From an uncultured delta proteobacterium (GTDB taxonomy: Bacteria; Desulfobacterota; Binatia; Bin18): a stretch of 52,362 nucleotides of DNA. Where the stretch lies: assembly GCA_963733195.1 (NCBI GenBank), contig CAVTCR010000013.1, forward strand, positions 1 to 52,362. Reading direction: 5' to 3'. The position numbers and the translations under genes are program-made. The stretch's first letter is position 1. Each line of letters starts with the position of its first letter. Below the pieces are notes generated by a model. The model made no database searches. It was given only the letters and a program-made list of their open reading frames with translations, and had not been told where the DNA came from. Shown here one piece after another: positions 27,516 to 37,164 of the stretch.

Positions 27516-29597
27516 AATTTCAATCACAAAGTTCCCATACTCATCCAACTGTCCGCTGCTGTCGGGGTGAAGGATAATGGTTGTCTCTGGCATTTCAATA
27601 ACTGCTGGTCCTTCAACTGTTACCTGCGCGGCGAGGGTCGCACCGGTGTAAATCGGCGTCGCCACGAACCGTTGCATTTCCCGCCAGTACACATCGCGCG
27701 ACCCCACTACCGCGTCAGTTGTTCTCTGTGATTGGTAAGCGAGGCGCGGACGGGGAATCGTTCCCACTGCTGTGACCCGTAAGATTCCTATCTCAACACC
27801 AGCTTCTTTGAAGGCCGACCCTTTGCCATACAAGGCTTCATATTTATCAGCGAATGTTTGCAAAAGAGTGTCGGTGTCGTATGAAGTCAAGGTGCCTGGT
27901 GGTACCGGCACTTCCACGCGATGAATCTGCAAGCGGAACTTCATATCCGCAGAGCGGTAGAAACGCATCGCGTCGCTAGTGATACCATCTTCTTTCAGTT
28001 GTGCTCGTCCCTTGGCTTCTAGGTCAGCGTAAATGGTATTAATGCGTTGGGCATCAAACGGGGCGATCAACAACTCGGCTTTCTCGTAGACATGGAGTAG
28101 GTCAGCAGACTGCACTCCAAGCGCAGACCACGTCGAAGCAACAGACCCCAATGGAACAACAACAGTACGACAGCCCAACTCTCGTGCGTATGAAACTGCA
28201 TGTGCAGGGCCACCCCCACCATAGGCGTAGACAACAAAATCACGCGGGTCGAGTCCACGTTGGACAGTCATCTGTCGCATCAAATCGGCCATGTGGAACT
28301 CGACGATCTGCACCGCGCCACTGGCAGCTTCGACAACATCCATGTGCAGACGATCAGCAACACGTTGCATGGCATGTAACGAGCTGTTTTTATCAAGAGA
28401 GAATTTTCCACCAAGAAAATTATTGGGATTGAGACAGCCGAGAATCAGATTTGCATCGGTGATCGTTGGCTCGGTGCCACCGCGGTTGTAACAGGCCGGA
28501 CCAGGATCAGCGCCGGCGGAGTGTGGGCCAACTTTCATCGTGCCGCTCATATCGTCAATCCAAATGATACTGCCACCACCACTGCCGATCGACTGAATAT
28601 CCAGTTGCGGCATGAAGAACGTATATTGATGAATGATAGTTTCTGACGAAGTGAGGGGTTGTCGTTCGTGGATGATACCAACGTCGAAACTGGTGCCACC
28701 GACATCAGAAGCGATCACGTTCTTATGACCAAGTGTATCGGCGAGAAACTTTGAGCCGATCACCCCACCGACCGGGCCAGAACCAATAGTGAACACCGGT
28801 TTCTGTGCTGCTTCGTGGGCGGTGGCGACCCCACCTGCGGCTTGCATGATTAGCAATGGATACTGATAGCCGAGCTGCTTCGCACGATCCTGTACTCGCC
28901 CAATATAACCAGAAGACCCGGGGCCAATGAAACAATTGATCGCAGTAGCAGCAGTACGCTCGTATTCACCTGGTTTGGCGATCAATTCATGTGCGCAGGT
29001 GATAAATATGTGAGGAGCCATTTCCTGCACCAAGCATTTGACCGCGAGTTCGTGGGTTGGATTGACGAATCCCCATAGAAAGGAGATGGCAATTGCCTCG
29101 ACTTGCTGGTCAAGAAGGTTGCGAATAGCAATGCGTGCTTCTTCGACATTGAGCGGGAGAAAGACGTCGCCTTTCCAATCAAGCCGTTCGCTGACTTCTT
29201 GAATCAACGTACGCGGAATAATTGGTGTCGGCTTCTGGTGGCGAGAGACGTGCAGGAGCTTCTCGATCGGTAGACCAGCGGAGCGACCTACCGATCGCAT
29301 GATAATCAAGGCATCGCCATGGCCACGAGTGGTGATGAGTCCGGTTTTTACACCCTTGAGTTGAACGATAGCATTGGTCCCGACGGTTGTTCCATGCAGC
29401 AGGAGTCGAGTGTTTTGCATCAATTGTGACAGCGTCAAGTTGATCTTTTCTGCCGCGACCTCGAGCGCGTTGAAGAATCCCTCGGCAAAATCTCTCGGTG
29501 TAGACGGGCTCTTAGCGATGGTAATACATCCCTGCTCGTCCATGACCACACAATCAGTGAAAGTTCCTCCGGTATCGATTCCGCAAAAATACTGCAT
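27507..29597 (-). CDS. Hydantoinase A/oxoprolinase-family ATP-binding subunit
   Basis: GIDTGGTFTD, HGTTVGTNA, SGPVGG, DVGGTSFD, SIGSGGGS, SAGADPGPACY, YGGGGP, SALG. Confidence 0.93.
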   Translation of the reverse strand: MQYFCGIDTGGTFTDCVVMDEQGCITIAKSPSTPRDFAEGFFNALEVAAEKINLTLSQLMQNTRLLLHGTTVGTNAIVQLKGVKTGLITTRGHGDALIIMRSVGRSAGLPIEKLLHVSRHQKPTPIIPRTLIQEVSERLDWKGDVFLPLNVEEARIAIRNLLDQQVEAIAISFLWGFVNPTHELAVKCLVQEMAPHIFITCAHELIAKPGEYERTAATAINCFIGPGSSGYIGRVQDRAKQLGYQYPLLIMQAAGGVATAHEAAQKPVFTIGSGPVGGVIGSKFLADTLGHKNVIASDVGGTSFDVGIIHERQPLTSSETIIHQYTFFMPQLDIQSIGSGGGSIIWIDDMSGTMKVGPHSAGADPGPACYNRGGTEPTITDANLILGCLNPNNFLGGKFSLDKNSSLHAMQRVADRLHMDVVEAASGAVQIVEFHMADLMRQMTVQRGLDPRDFVVYAYGGGGPAHAVSYARELGCRTVVVPLGSVASTWSALGVQSADLLHVYEKAELLIAPFDAQRINTIYADLEAKGRAQLKEDGITSDAMRFYRSADMKFRLQIHRVEVPVPPGTLTSYDTDTLLQTFADKYEALYGKGSAFKEAGVEIGILRVTAVGTIPRPRLAYQSQRTTDAVVGSRDVYWREMQRFVATPIYTGATLAAQVTVEGPAVIEMPETTIILHPDSSGQLDEYGNFVIEINA

Positions 29598-29653
29598 TTC
29601 CCTCCCCCAAATTTGTCGAGGCGCACCGCTTTGCTCTCGCCGTCGCGAAGGTA

Positions 29654-29899
29654 CTAACTATGCGAAGTTAGAGGAGAAAGCAAATCCGAAGGAAAGTAGT
29701 GCGAATGGAGAGGATCATCTCGGTTTTCGGGAACCGAGGGACGTTCTTTCGGCAACATCTCTTGCATTTGTTCCAACGCGCGCCGATGCAGACGTCCAGC
29801 GCACATGGAAATGCCAAAAAGAAAAAACAACAGGATGAGACTTACTCCGAGGGCAAATCCCACACCGAACTTAAAGCCACGACCAATATCCGAAGGCAT
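29654..29899 (-). CDS. Small membrane protein, function unknown
   Basis: One strong TM (GFKFGVGFALGVSLILLFFLFG); GGAG upstream of the start. Confidence 0.5.
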   Translation of the reverse strand: MPSDIGRGFKFGVGFALGVSLILLFFLFGISMCAGRLHRRALEQMQEMLPKERPSVPENRDDPLHSHYFPSDLLSPLTSHS

Positions 29900-29946
29900 A
29901 CATCTCACTCCGTTATCTTGTACGTTAACCTACGTGCGAAGAAAGA

Positions 29947-30681
29947 GTGGGGCAATGGACCTCTCTTGTGGAGAGAACCCTGGTCGTGTTAGCTCTCGGC
30001 GGCTTTAACGAGAGACAAATGAGGCAGATTCTGTCGGAGCGTGAGCGGTTGAAGAAATCACTGCAACACAAAAAGACCCCTCGTAGTGGAGCAACACTCT
30101 TTCGTCGAGTCGGCAAAATCGGGTGGAAGAAGAGTGATCATTTCACATATACCTATGCGTTTCCCTCTTTGCGACGTTGGTTGGTTGCTCAACTTCCGCA
30201 ACGACAAAGAATTCTCTCCATCGGTTGTGGCACCGGTGAGTTAGAGAAAATGCTAGGGAAACAGGCGCGGTTTGTCATTGGGATCGATCTGTTCCTCGAA
30301 ATGGTACGAAGCGCGAGCCGCCGTGGCCTAAAGCATCTTGTGCAGACTGACTCACACTATCTGCCTTTTGCTTCGCGGTGTTTCGATGCAGTCATTTTGC
30401 CTGAGACACTCGGCTATATAGATCCTGATGTAACATTCCGTGAGATCGCACGCGTGCTAAAGAAGAACGGTCATTTTCTTATCACCACCTATCCAGTTCA
30501 TTTAGTGGCGCATAGTGTGTACGTGAAGCGTTCAGCAGAAGACGTTGCCCACATGCTCGTTCAAACAGGGTTTTCTATCGTTGAGCGGCGATTCCTACTT
30601 CTGAAACGCTTGGGATTACAAGAAGTCGAAGAGGAACGCCGCTGCTCTCTGTTGTATCTTCTGGCCCGAAAGCGTGATTAG
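29947..30681 (+). CDS. Class I SAM-dependent methyltransferase (start uncertain, possibly 30019)
   Basis: ILSIGCGTG, GIDL, LPFASRCFDAV, EIARVLKKNG. Confidence 0.85.
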   Translation: MGQWTSLVERTLVVLALGGFNERQMRQILSERERLKKSLQHKKTPRSGATLFRRVGKIGWKKSDHFTYTYAFPSLRRWLVAQLPQRQRILSIGCGTGELEKMLGKQARFVIGIDLFLEMVRSASRRGLKHLVQTDSHYLPFASRCFDAVILPETLGYIDPDVTFREIARVLKKNGHFLITTYPVHLVAHSVYVKRSAEDVAHMLVQTGFSIVERRFLLLKRLGLQEVEEERRCSLLYLLARKRD

Positions 30682-30909
30682 TCAGCAAGGCTCTGACTTT
30701 TTGTGGAACGAGTCTCCATGGGGTGATATGACTTTAAACTAACGTCAGTAGGGGATGAGGAGCCACCCTTGAGAGGTAAACTGTCGGTGCTCAAGCCTAG
30801 AAGGATAGGGGAAGGTCCTAAAAAATGAAGATCAACTAGGAGCTTATCTCGAAAGAGACGCTGCTTTAGCACTTGGGAAGAGGGAAGTTTTCTCTTTTCC
30901 GGACTTTCA

Positions 30910-31125
30910 TTAATATTTTCGCGGTTCTCCGCCGTTCGCTTTTACCCGGATAGGTTGGCCGAGGCTGATTTGTCCTTTGTCGATACGGAGAGAAAACCCG
31001 CAAGCCGGATTGTTGCAAGCCCAGGTCTTGAAAGGAATATCATTTCCTTGTGGCCCGTAGTCAGATAGTGGGAGAAGGACTCCTTTCTGGCAACTTTGGC
31101 AGTGGGGCCATTCTTTTACTAGCAT
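30910..31125 (-). CDS. Small four-Cys zinc-ribbon protein
   Basis: C-x2-C-x24-C-x4-C; AAGGAG RBS. Confidence 0.75.
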   Translation of the reverse strand: MLVKEWPHCQSCQKGVLLPLSDYGPQGNDIPFKTWACNNPACGFSLRIDKGQISLGQPIRVKANGGEPRKY

Positions 31126-31176
31126 GAAGGGTCTCCTTTTATATCCTTAATGAGAGCATCATTAGAATCTTACTCC

Positions 31177-31617
31177 CTATCTCTCTTCTAAGGCTGCGCG
31201 TGGAACGCTGATGCCTGGGTCTTTAAGCACTGGAGCACCACCCTGGTTTGGGTCGAGAAAAGCAAGAACCCGCTCCCCAGAATTTTTATTCATCCACCGC
31301 CGCAACCGCTGTTCAAGAAACAAATGGAGATGATGGGCTTTGCGTAATTGTTCCACCACTTCCTCAGCACTTCGTCCAGCAAGCGGTGGTGATTCAAGGG
31401 CTTTCTTCCGTCGGCGCTTTCTTGCCACGGTCCGTGTAGGCTGCCGAGCTGGTACTGGGTGATAGGTCCCATCCTCTTTGCGGTACGCGAGCCATACAGA
31501 GGAAGCGCTCTCACGTACAATACGTAGGGTTTGGGATTCGTTCTCCCAGTATTGTTGCTGTCGATTACTCCCGTAATACAGCGTTTCTGAAGGAAGAGAT
31601 GTACGACCCATAGTCAC
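31177..31617 (-). CDS. Hypothetical basic protein
   Basis: 146-aa ORF with GGAG RBS, co-oriented between rsfS and the Zn-ribbon gene; no motif recognised. Confidence 0.55.
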   Translation of the reverse strand: MTMGRTSLPSETLYYGSNRQQQYWENESQTLRIVRESASSVWLAYRKEDGTYHPVPARQPTRTVARKRRRKKALESPPLAGRSAEEVVEQLRKAHHLHLFLEQRLRRWMNKNSGERVLAFLDPNQGGAPVLKDPGISVPRAALEER

Positions 31618-31771
31618 TCCGTCGGCTCATAGGAACTGACCGACGTTCTTTATTACTAGTATAGAGCGAAAAAATTACGAAAGGAAAGACAGGAAGTGAC
31701 CCTGGTGCATTTTTCCGTAAATTTCTTTTTCCCAACCCCCTTGTTTGTGAAGAAAGGGGCTTTATGGACAG

Positions 31772-32167
31772 TTAGGCGGTAGCAATACGCAGATGTTGCG
31801 CTTGGGTATGGTATGGTTCCGGCAATTGACGACGCAGGGCCTGCCCCCATAATCCTTCAATATTGTAGAATTGACGGGCAGTTTCATAGAAGACATGGAT
31901 GATAACATCTCCGCAGTCAATGAGAACCCACTGTCCGTGTGTAAACCCTTCAATGGCCAACGGCTTGGCCTTTGCTTTCGCTAAAACTTCCTCTATTGCG
32001 CGACAGATCGCCTGCACTTGAATGTCCGACCGTCCCGTACAAACGACGAAATACTCGGCAATCGTAGTGAACTCACCAACCTCAAGGAGAACGAGGTCGT
32101 AGGCTTTTTTGTCGAGTGCAGCTTGTGCACATAGGAGAGTTTTTTCCCAGCTCTCAGTGGTTCTCAA
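31772..32167 (-). CDS. rsfS: Ribosome silencing factor
   Basis: AALDKKA.D, YFVVCTG.S..QVQAI, WVLIDCGDVIIHVF...RQFYNIEGLW. Confidence 0.95.
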   Translation of the reverse strand: MRTTESWEKTLLCAQAALDKKAYDLVLLEVGEFTTIAEYFVVCTGRSDIQVQAICRAIEEVLAKAKAKPLAIEGFTHGQWVLIDCGDVIIHVFYETARQFYNIEGLWGQALRRQLPEPYHTQAQHLRIATA

Positions 32168-32868
32168 CGTCGTAACTCCTCGTTCTGATAGAGAGTATGC
32201 TCGACTATGTAGGCTTCCACGGCTGAGGGAACAAGATAACGAAGAGATCTCCCTTGCAACGCAATCTTACGAATCTGGGAAGCGGAAATGTTCAATCCCT
32301 GGATTTCATGAAAAGCTAGACAATGGCCGGAGATATGATGGTACATCTTTATGGCCGGATCGTACCAAAGCGTTGTTTGTAGGGCAACAGGAAGGAACTG
32401 GTCGACCGGTGGAGTAGAGATTCCAGGACGGGAGGTGACGATCAGATTACAGAGAGACGGAATAAGTGTGTACTCTTTCCACGTATGGATCTCACGAAAC
32501 GCATCAAGACCAAGAATAAAGAACAACGAGGAAGAGGGCAGGTCGACACGAAAGCGGCGAATAGTATCTATCGAATACGAAGGCCCTGAGCGTTCTAACT
32601 CGATAGTGGAGGGGATGAAAAACGGATTGTTAGCAACCGCTAATTCTACCATCTTGAGACGATGCGTGGCAGCGACGAGTGGGCGTGTACTTTTATGTGG
32701 AGGTTGAGCAGCGGGAACAAAATAGATCCGATCAAGCGCGAAGACTTCACGGACTTCCTCTGCGCTGCGGAGATGTCCAAGATGGATCGGGTTAAAGGTA
32801 CCTCCTAAAATCCCTATCTTTAGGCCATTGAGCTCCGGCACAGTTCCCACAGTCTTGAGATCTGCCAA
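32164..32868 (-). CDS. nadD: Nicotinate-nucleotide adenylyltransferase
   Basis: GGTFNPIHLGH, PPHK, SYSIDT, ILGLDA, ISASQIR. Confidence 0.96.
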   Translation of the reverse strand: MADLKTVGTVPELNGLKIGILGGTFNPIHLGHLRSAEEVREVFALDRIYFVPAAQPPHKSTRPLVAATHRLKMVELAVANNPFFIPSTIELERSGPSYSIDTIRRFRVDLPSSSLFFILGLDAFREIHTWKEYTLIPSLCNLIVTSRPGISTPPVDQFLPVALQTTLWYDPAIKMYHHISGHCLAFHEIQGLNISASQIRKIALQGRSLRYLVPSAVEAYIVEHTLYQNEELRR

Positions 32869-32923
32869 ATCGCTTTTCTCCCGTTTCCCCGTTTATCCCT
32901 TCCCCTTATTTGCCAGCTTCTTC

Positions 32924-34180
32924 CTATTCTCGTATTTGCCCGTTCCCGTGGATCACATATTTGTAGGTTGTGAGTTCACGTACGCCCATGGGGCCGCGGG
33001 CATGCAAGCGGTTGGTAGAGATGCCCACTTCAGCGCCAAAGCCGAATTCATAACCATCAGTGAATCGTGTCGAAGCATTCGCATAGACGGTTGCCGAATC
33101 GACCTCATGCAAGAATCGACGCACCTGCGAGTAATTTTCGCTCACAATGGCATCTGCCAGTCCAGAGCCATTGTGATGAATAAAATCTAGTGCTTCGTCT
33201 AAGGAACCGACGACTTTGACAGCAAGAATCAAATCAAGATACTCGGTTCGCCAATCTTCTGGTGTGGCCACTTTGACCTGCGGCACTAACTGTTTTGTAC
33301 GCTCGCATCCACGCACTTCGACTCCGGCTTTCTCTAGTTTGGCAATAAAAGAAGGGAGAAATTGTGGAGCAACGGCTTCGTGCACGAGCAAATTCTCCAT
33401 CGCGTTGCACACCCAGGGGCGTTGTACCTTGGCATTCATGCAAATCCGGGCAGCTTTCTCCAGGTCGGCAGCGGCGTCTACATATGTATGACAGATCCCG
33501 GAAAAGTGTTGAATGACTGGAACTGCAGAACGTTCAGTGACGGCGCGAATGAGTTCTTCTCCTCCACGTGGAATGATAACGTCAACAAACTGCTCTTGTC
33601 GCAAGAGTACTGCCACTGATTGGCGATCAGTCGATCGGATAATCTGAATCGATTCTGCAGGTAATCCGGCACCGATTGCTGCTGAGGTCAGAACATCTGT
33701 GATTGCGCCGTTCGTACGAAATGCTTCGGAACCACCTTTCAGAATGACCGCATTTCCTGCTTTGAGACCGAGTCCAGCCGCGTCAGCGGTCACGTTCGGC
33801 CGGGATTCATAAATAACCCCCACTACTCCAAGAGGGATACGAACTTGGCCAATCTCTAAGCCATTCGGCCGTCGCCATTGGGTGATTGTTTCTCCCACTG
33901 GGTCTGGCAAGTCAGCAATCAATTCGAGTCCCTTTGCCATGGTATCGATACGGGATTCCGTTAGCGTCAGCCGATCGAGCATCGCTGCAGACAGGCCGTT
34001 CTTTCGCCCTGCTTCAACATCCTGAAGATTCTCTGCCAATAAAGAGCCGCTACGCTGACGTAGCAAGGCGGCGGCCGTGCGGAGCGCTTGATTCTTGGCG
34101 GGAGTTGAAGTCCGAGCCAATACGCGTGCGGCTTTCTTCGCTGCTTGACAGAGGGAAACAACCATTTGTTCAACGTCCAT
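32924..34180 (-). CDS. proA: Gamma-glutamyl phosphate reductase
   Basis: PLGVVGVIYESRPNVT, CNAMENLLVH, NASTRFTDG, STNRLHARGPMG. Confidence 0.97.
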   Translation of the reverse strand: MDVEQMVVSLCQAAKKAARVLARTSTPAKNQALRTAAALLRQRSGSLLAENLQDVEAGRKNGLSAAMLDRLTLTESRIDTMAKGLELIADLPDPVGETITQWRRPNGLEIGQVRIPLGVVGVIYESRPNVTADAAGLGLKAGNAVILKGGSEAFRTNGAITDVLTSAAIGAGLPAESIQIIRSTDRQSVAVLLRQEQFVDVIIPRGGEELIRAVTERSAVPVIQHFSGICHTYVDAAADLEKAARICMNAKVQRPWVCNAMENLLVHEAVAPQFLPSFIAKLEKAGVEVRGCERTKQLVPQVKVATPEDWRTEYLDLILAVKVVGSLDEALDFIHHNGSGLADAIVSENYSQVRRFLHEVDSATVYANASTRFTDGYEFGFGAEVGISTNRLHARGPMGVRELTTYKYVIHGNGQIRE

Positions 34181-34202
34181 AGCGGTTTCCTTTGCTCTCT
34201 CC

Positions 34203-35351
34203 TCACGAGAGGAGAGCTAAGTCATCCCGGTGAATAACCTCATCGCTGACTTTATAGCCAAGAATCCGTTCAATTTGACTCGTCCGTGTCCCTTTGATTT
34301 GTTCCAGCGCGTCAGAACTGTAGTTGACTAATCCCCGAGCGAAAGCATGGCCCTTATCATCAAAACAGGTTACGCATTCGCCTTCACTAAATGTGCCGCG
34401 CACCGCGCGCACTCCTGGAGGCAGCAAACTCCGACCGCGTTCACAAATCGCTGTACTCGCTCCGGCATCAACGATTAACTCGCCTGCTGGTTTGAGGGTA
34501 TAGGCAATCCAATGTTTCCGACTCGTCAAGCGGTCAGATTCAGGAAGGAACAGGGTGCCCGTGTCTCTCGTCAGATCAAAAACTGCGGTGAGCGTATCTC
34601 TCTGACGACCATCCGCTATAATTGTGGGAATACCAGAGAATGCTGCTTTCTGTGCTGCTTGTAACTTTGATAACATCCCGCCCCGGCCGAGTGTTCCGGC
34701 CCCACCTGCTTGGGCGAACATGGTACTATCAAGTTTTTCAACCAACGAGACCAGCCGTGCCTCGGAATGAACACGGGGGTCTTTGTCGTAAAGTCCGGCA
34801 ACGTCACTAAGAATCACCAACAGATCGGCTTCAACCAGGACCGAGACAAGCGCTGACAGATTATCATTGTCACCGAACTGAATCTCCTCAACCGCAACGG
34901 TATCGTTCTCATTGACGATCGGTAGGATTTTTGCACCAAGGAGGGTGAGCATCGTGTGTTTAGCGTTGAGATAGCGTCGCCGATTGGCGAGATCATCATG
35001 AGTCAGAAGAATCTGTGCGACGCGAACGTCGTGTTGGGAGAAATTCCTCTCATAGAGGGTCATGAGAGCAATCTGTCCGACTGCCGCGGCGGCTTGTTTG
35101 CCAGGAATGGTCTTCGGTCGGGTTTTCATGCCCAGTCGGCTCATGCCCGAGGAAATCGCACCTGAAGTGACAAGGATCACTTCTTTTCCTGTCTTGCGAA
35201 GAGTTGCAAGATCCTGGACGAGGCGAGTGACGCTTGCTTGCTGAATACCTTCGGGGCTGGAGAGAACACTGCTACCAACTTTGATTACCACTCGGCGGAC
35301 ACAGCGAAGAATGCGGGGTTTGTGTGCACGCTGAATCACGATTATTCCCAC
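34203..35351 (-). CDS. proB: Glutamate 5-kinase (with PUA domain)
   Basis: VIKVGSS, QAAAAVGQ, PIVNENDTV, FGDNDNLS, GGMLSKL, IHRDDL. Confidence 0.97.
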   Translation of the reverse strand: MGIIVIQRAHKPRILRCVRRVVIKVGSSVLSSPEGIQQASVTRLVQDLATLRKTGKEVILVTSGAISSGMSRLGMKTRPKTIPGKQAAAAVGQIALMTLYERNFSQHDVRVAQILLTHDDLANRRRYLNAKHTMLTLLGAKILPIVNENDTVAVEEIQFGDNDNLSALVSVLVEADLLVILSDVAGLYDKDPRVHSEARLVSLVEKLDSTMFAQAGGAGTLGRGGMLSKLQAAQKAAFSGIPTIIADGRQRDTLTAVFDLTRDTGTLFLPESDRLTSRKHWIAYTLKPAGELIVDAGASTAICERGRSLLPPGVRAVRGTFSEGECVTCFDDKGHAFARGLVNYSSDALEQIKGTRTSQIERILGYKVSDEVIHRDDLALLS

Positions 35352-36394
35352 TGCTTCTGGTCAAAGCTAAGCGAAGGTTGAAGCGAATACTGTTCGCGTT
35401 GCAAATCCAACACCTGCATGATGCGATCAAGCAGGGCTCTAAGTCCTTCTCTCGTAGCTGCTGATATTGCAAGGGCTTGTATCCCTCGTTGGGCGAATGT
35501 GTGTTGTACTTCAGGGAGACGTTCGCGTGTTGTTGGTAAGTCCAATTTGGTAATTACTAAAATCTGCTGGCGCGTCCCCAGCTCGTCACCAAAACACGCC
35601 AGTTCATAGTTAATAACATCATAATCCTGCAATGGATCACGTTCAGGGTCAGAGATGTCGAGCAAGTGGACGAGTACCGAGGTGCGCGAAAGGTGGCGGA
35701 GGAAACGTATCCCTAACCCGTGGCCCTTATGTGCACCCTCAATCAGTCCCGGGATATCTGCCATGACGAACGATTTTTCTTCGCTGTAGCGAACAACTCC
35801 CAAATTCGGCGTGAGCGTAGTGAACGGATAGTCAGCAATGCGCGGACGGGCGGCAGAAACCGCAGAGATGAGGGTTGATTTCCCTGCATTGGGAAAGCCG
35901 ACCAAACCTACATCCGCGAGCAAACGCAGCTCAAGGAGGAGTGTCCGCTCTTCCCCAGGGATTCCAGGTTGAGCGAAACGGGGCGCGCGATTCGTCGAGG
36001 TGGTAAAGAAGGCATTGCCTTTTCCTCCTTTTCCTCCTCTTGCGACAATGACTTCAGCATCCGGGGTGTTGAGATCGGCTAGCAATTCTTCGGATTCACT
36101 ATCTTTGACGAGCGTTCCTTGCGGCACTCGGACGACAAGGTCTGGTCCATTTTTTCCATGTTGATCCTTTCCTCGACCATGCTCTCCTCTTTCCGCCCGG
36201 AGATTTTTATGCGCGGTAAGGTCCACCAGGGTATTCAACTGCGGATCGACACGAAAGATGATACTTCCTCCGTCTCCGCCATTTCCTCCCGCAGGGCCGC
36301 CTCGTGGACGATACTTCTCGCGAAGAAAAGCAACACAACCACGCCCACCATCACCGGCTTTTACCTGGAGTCGAACTTCATCAACAAAGTGCAT
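35342..36394 (-). CDS. obgE: GTPase Obg
   Basis: FVDEV..KAGDGG, GGPAGGNGGDGG, GFPNAGKSTL, YPFTTL, DIPGLIEGA. Confidence 0.97.
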   Translation of the reverse strand: MHFVDEVRLQVKAGDGGRGCVAFLREKYRPRGGPAGGNGGDGGSIIFRVDPQLNTLVDLTAHKNLRAERGEHGRGKDQHGKNGPDLVVRVPQGTLVKDSESEELLADLNTPDAEVIVARGGKGGKGNAFFTTSTNRAPRFAQPGIPGEERTLLLELRLLADVGLVGFPNAGKSTLISAVSAARPRIADYPFTTLTPNLGVVRYSEEKSFVMADIPGLIEGAHKGHGLGIRFLRHLSRTSVLVHLLDISDPERDPLQDYDVINYELACFGDELGTRQQILVITKLDLPTTRERLPEVQHTFAQRGIQALAISAATREGLRALLDRIMQVLDLQREQYSLQPSLSFDQKQWE

Positions 36395-36397
36395 AAC

Positions 36398-36425
36398 AAT
36401 AGAAAGAGCCCCATGCGGGGCTCTT
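36398..36425 (-). terminator. Intrinsic-terminator-like hairpin between rpmA and obgE
   Basis: On the minus strand AAGAGCCCC-GCAT-GGGGCTCTT followed by TCTATT, about 10 nt before the obgE ATG. Confidence 0.5.
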
Positions 36426-36488
36426 GAAAGAAGATTGTTTCAGCGGGAACCACGACTGGATGTCATGATTCCCGCTGCTAGATATACG

Positions 36489-36770
36489 TTATTGAGCCGG
36501 GACAGGCGCAGCAGCTTGTTGCGGATAGACACTCACCCGTTTGCGATCTTTGCCGACACGTTCGTAACGAACGATACCTTCAATCTTGGAAAAGATAGTG
36601 TAGTCTCGTCCCATCCCCACGTTGATTCCTGGATGAATGCGGGTGCCGACTTGCCGAACAATAATGTTTCCTGCACGAGCAAGCTGACCTGCAAAGACTT
36701 TAATGCCGCGCCGCTGGCCCGGACTATCTCGACCATTTCTAGTCGATCCTTGTCCTTTTTTATGAGCCAT
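36489..36770 (-). CDS. rpmA: 50S ribosomal protein L27
   Basis: [16 protein letters not shown]...[19 protein letters not shown]. Confidence 0.98.
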   Translation of the reverse strand: MAHKKGQGSTRNGRDSPGQRRGIKVFAGQLARAGNIIVRQVGTRIHPGINVGMGRDYTIFSKIEGIVRYERVGKDRKRVSVYPQQAAAPVPAQ

Positions 36771-36773
36771 GGC

Positions 36774-37094
36774 TTATCCTCCCATGTTAATGGATTTAAT
36801 TTGCACCGCTGTAAAATGCTGCCGATGTCCACGTTGCCGGCTGTAGTTTTTACGCCGTTTCTTTTTGAACACCAGAATCTTTTTTTCTTTTCCATGCTCG
36901 GCGATACGAGCAGATACTGTAACCCCAGACACGAGCGGAGTTCCAACCTGAACTGCACCATCAGACGAAGTGAGGAGCACTTCAGAAAAGGTAATATCGC
37001 CTCCTTTTTCACCACCTAGCGATTCTACCCGAAGTAACTCTCCTGGAGTCACCCGATATTGTTTCCCACCTGTGCGAATAACAGCATAAGGCAT
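36774..37094 (-). CDS. rplU: 50S ribosomal protein L21
   Basis: YAVIRTGGKQYRV...FKKKRRKNYSRQRGHRQ. Confidence 0.98.
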   Translation of the reverse strand: MPYAVIRTGGKQYRVTPGELLRVESLGGEKGGDITFSEVLLTSSDGAVQVGTPLVSGVTVSARIAEHGKEKKILVFKKKRRKNYSRQRGHRQHFTAVQIKSINMGG

Positions 37095-37164
37095 GAGTTC
37101 CACCTACGTGAGCCGTTGGTTTCTGTCAACGACCCAGACAAAATTTGAGCACTGAACAATACGG

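Noticed and set aside
30682-30905. Possible 6S RNA or other ncRNA in the convergent intergenic gap (GGAGCCACCCTTGAGAGGT...)
   Set aside because: Only a short resemblance; I could not build the long closing stem. An Rfam/Infernal search is needed.
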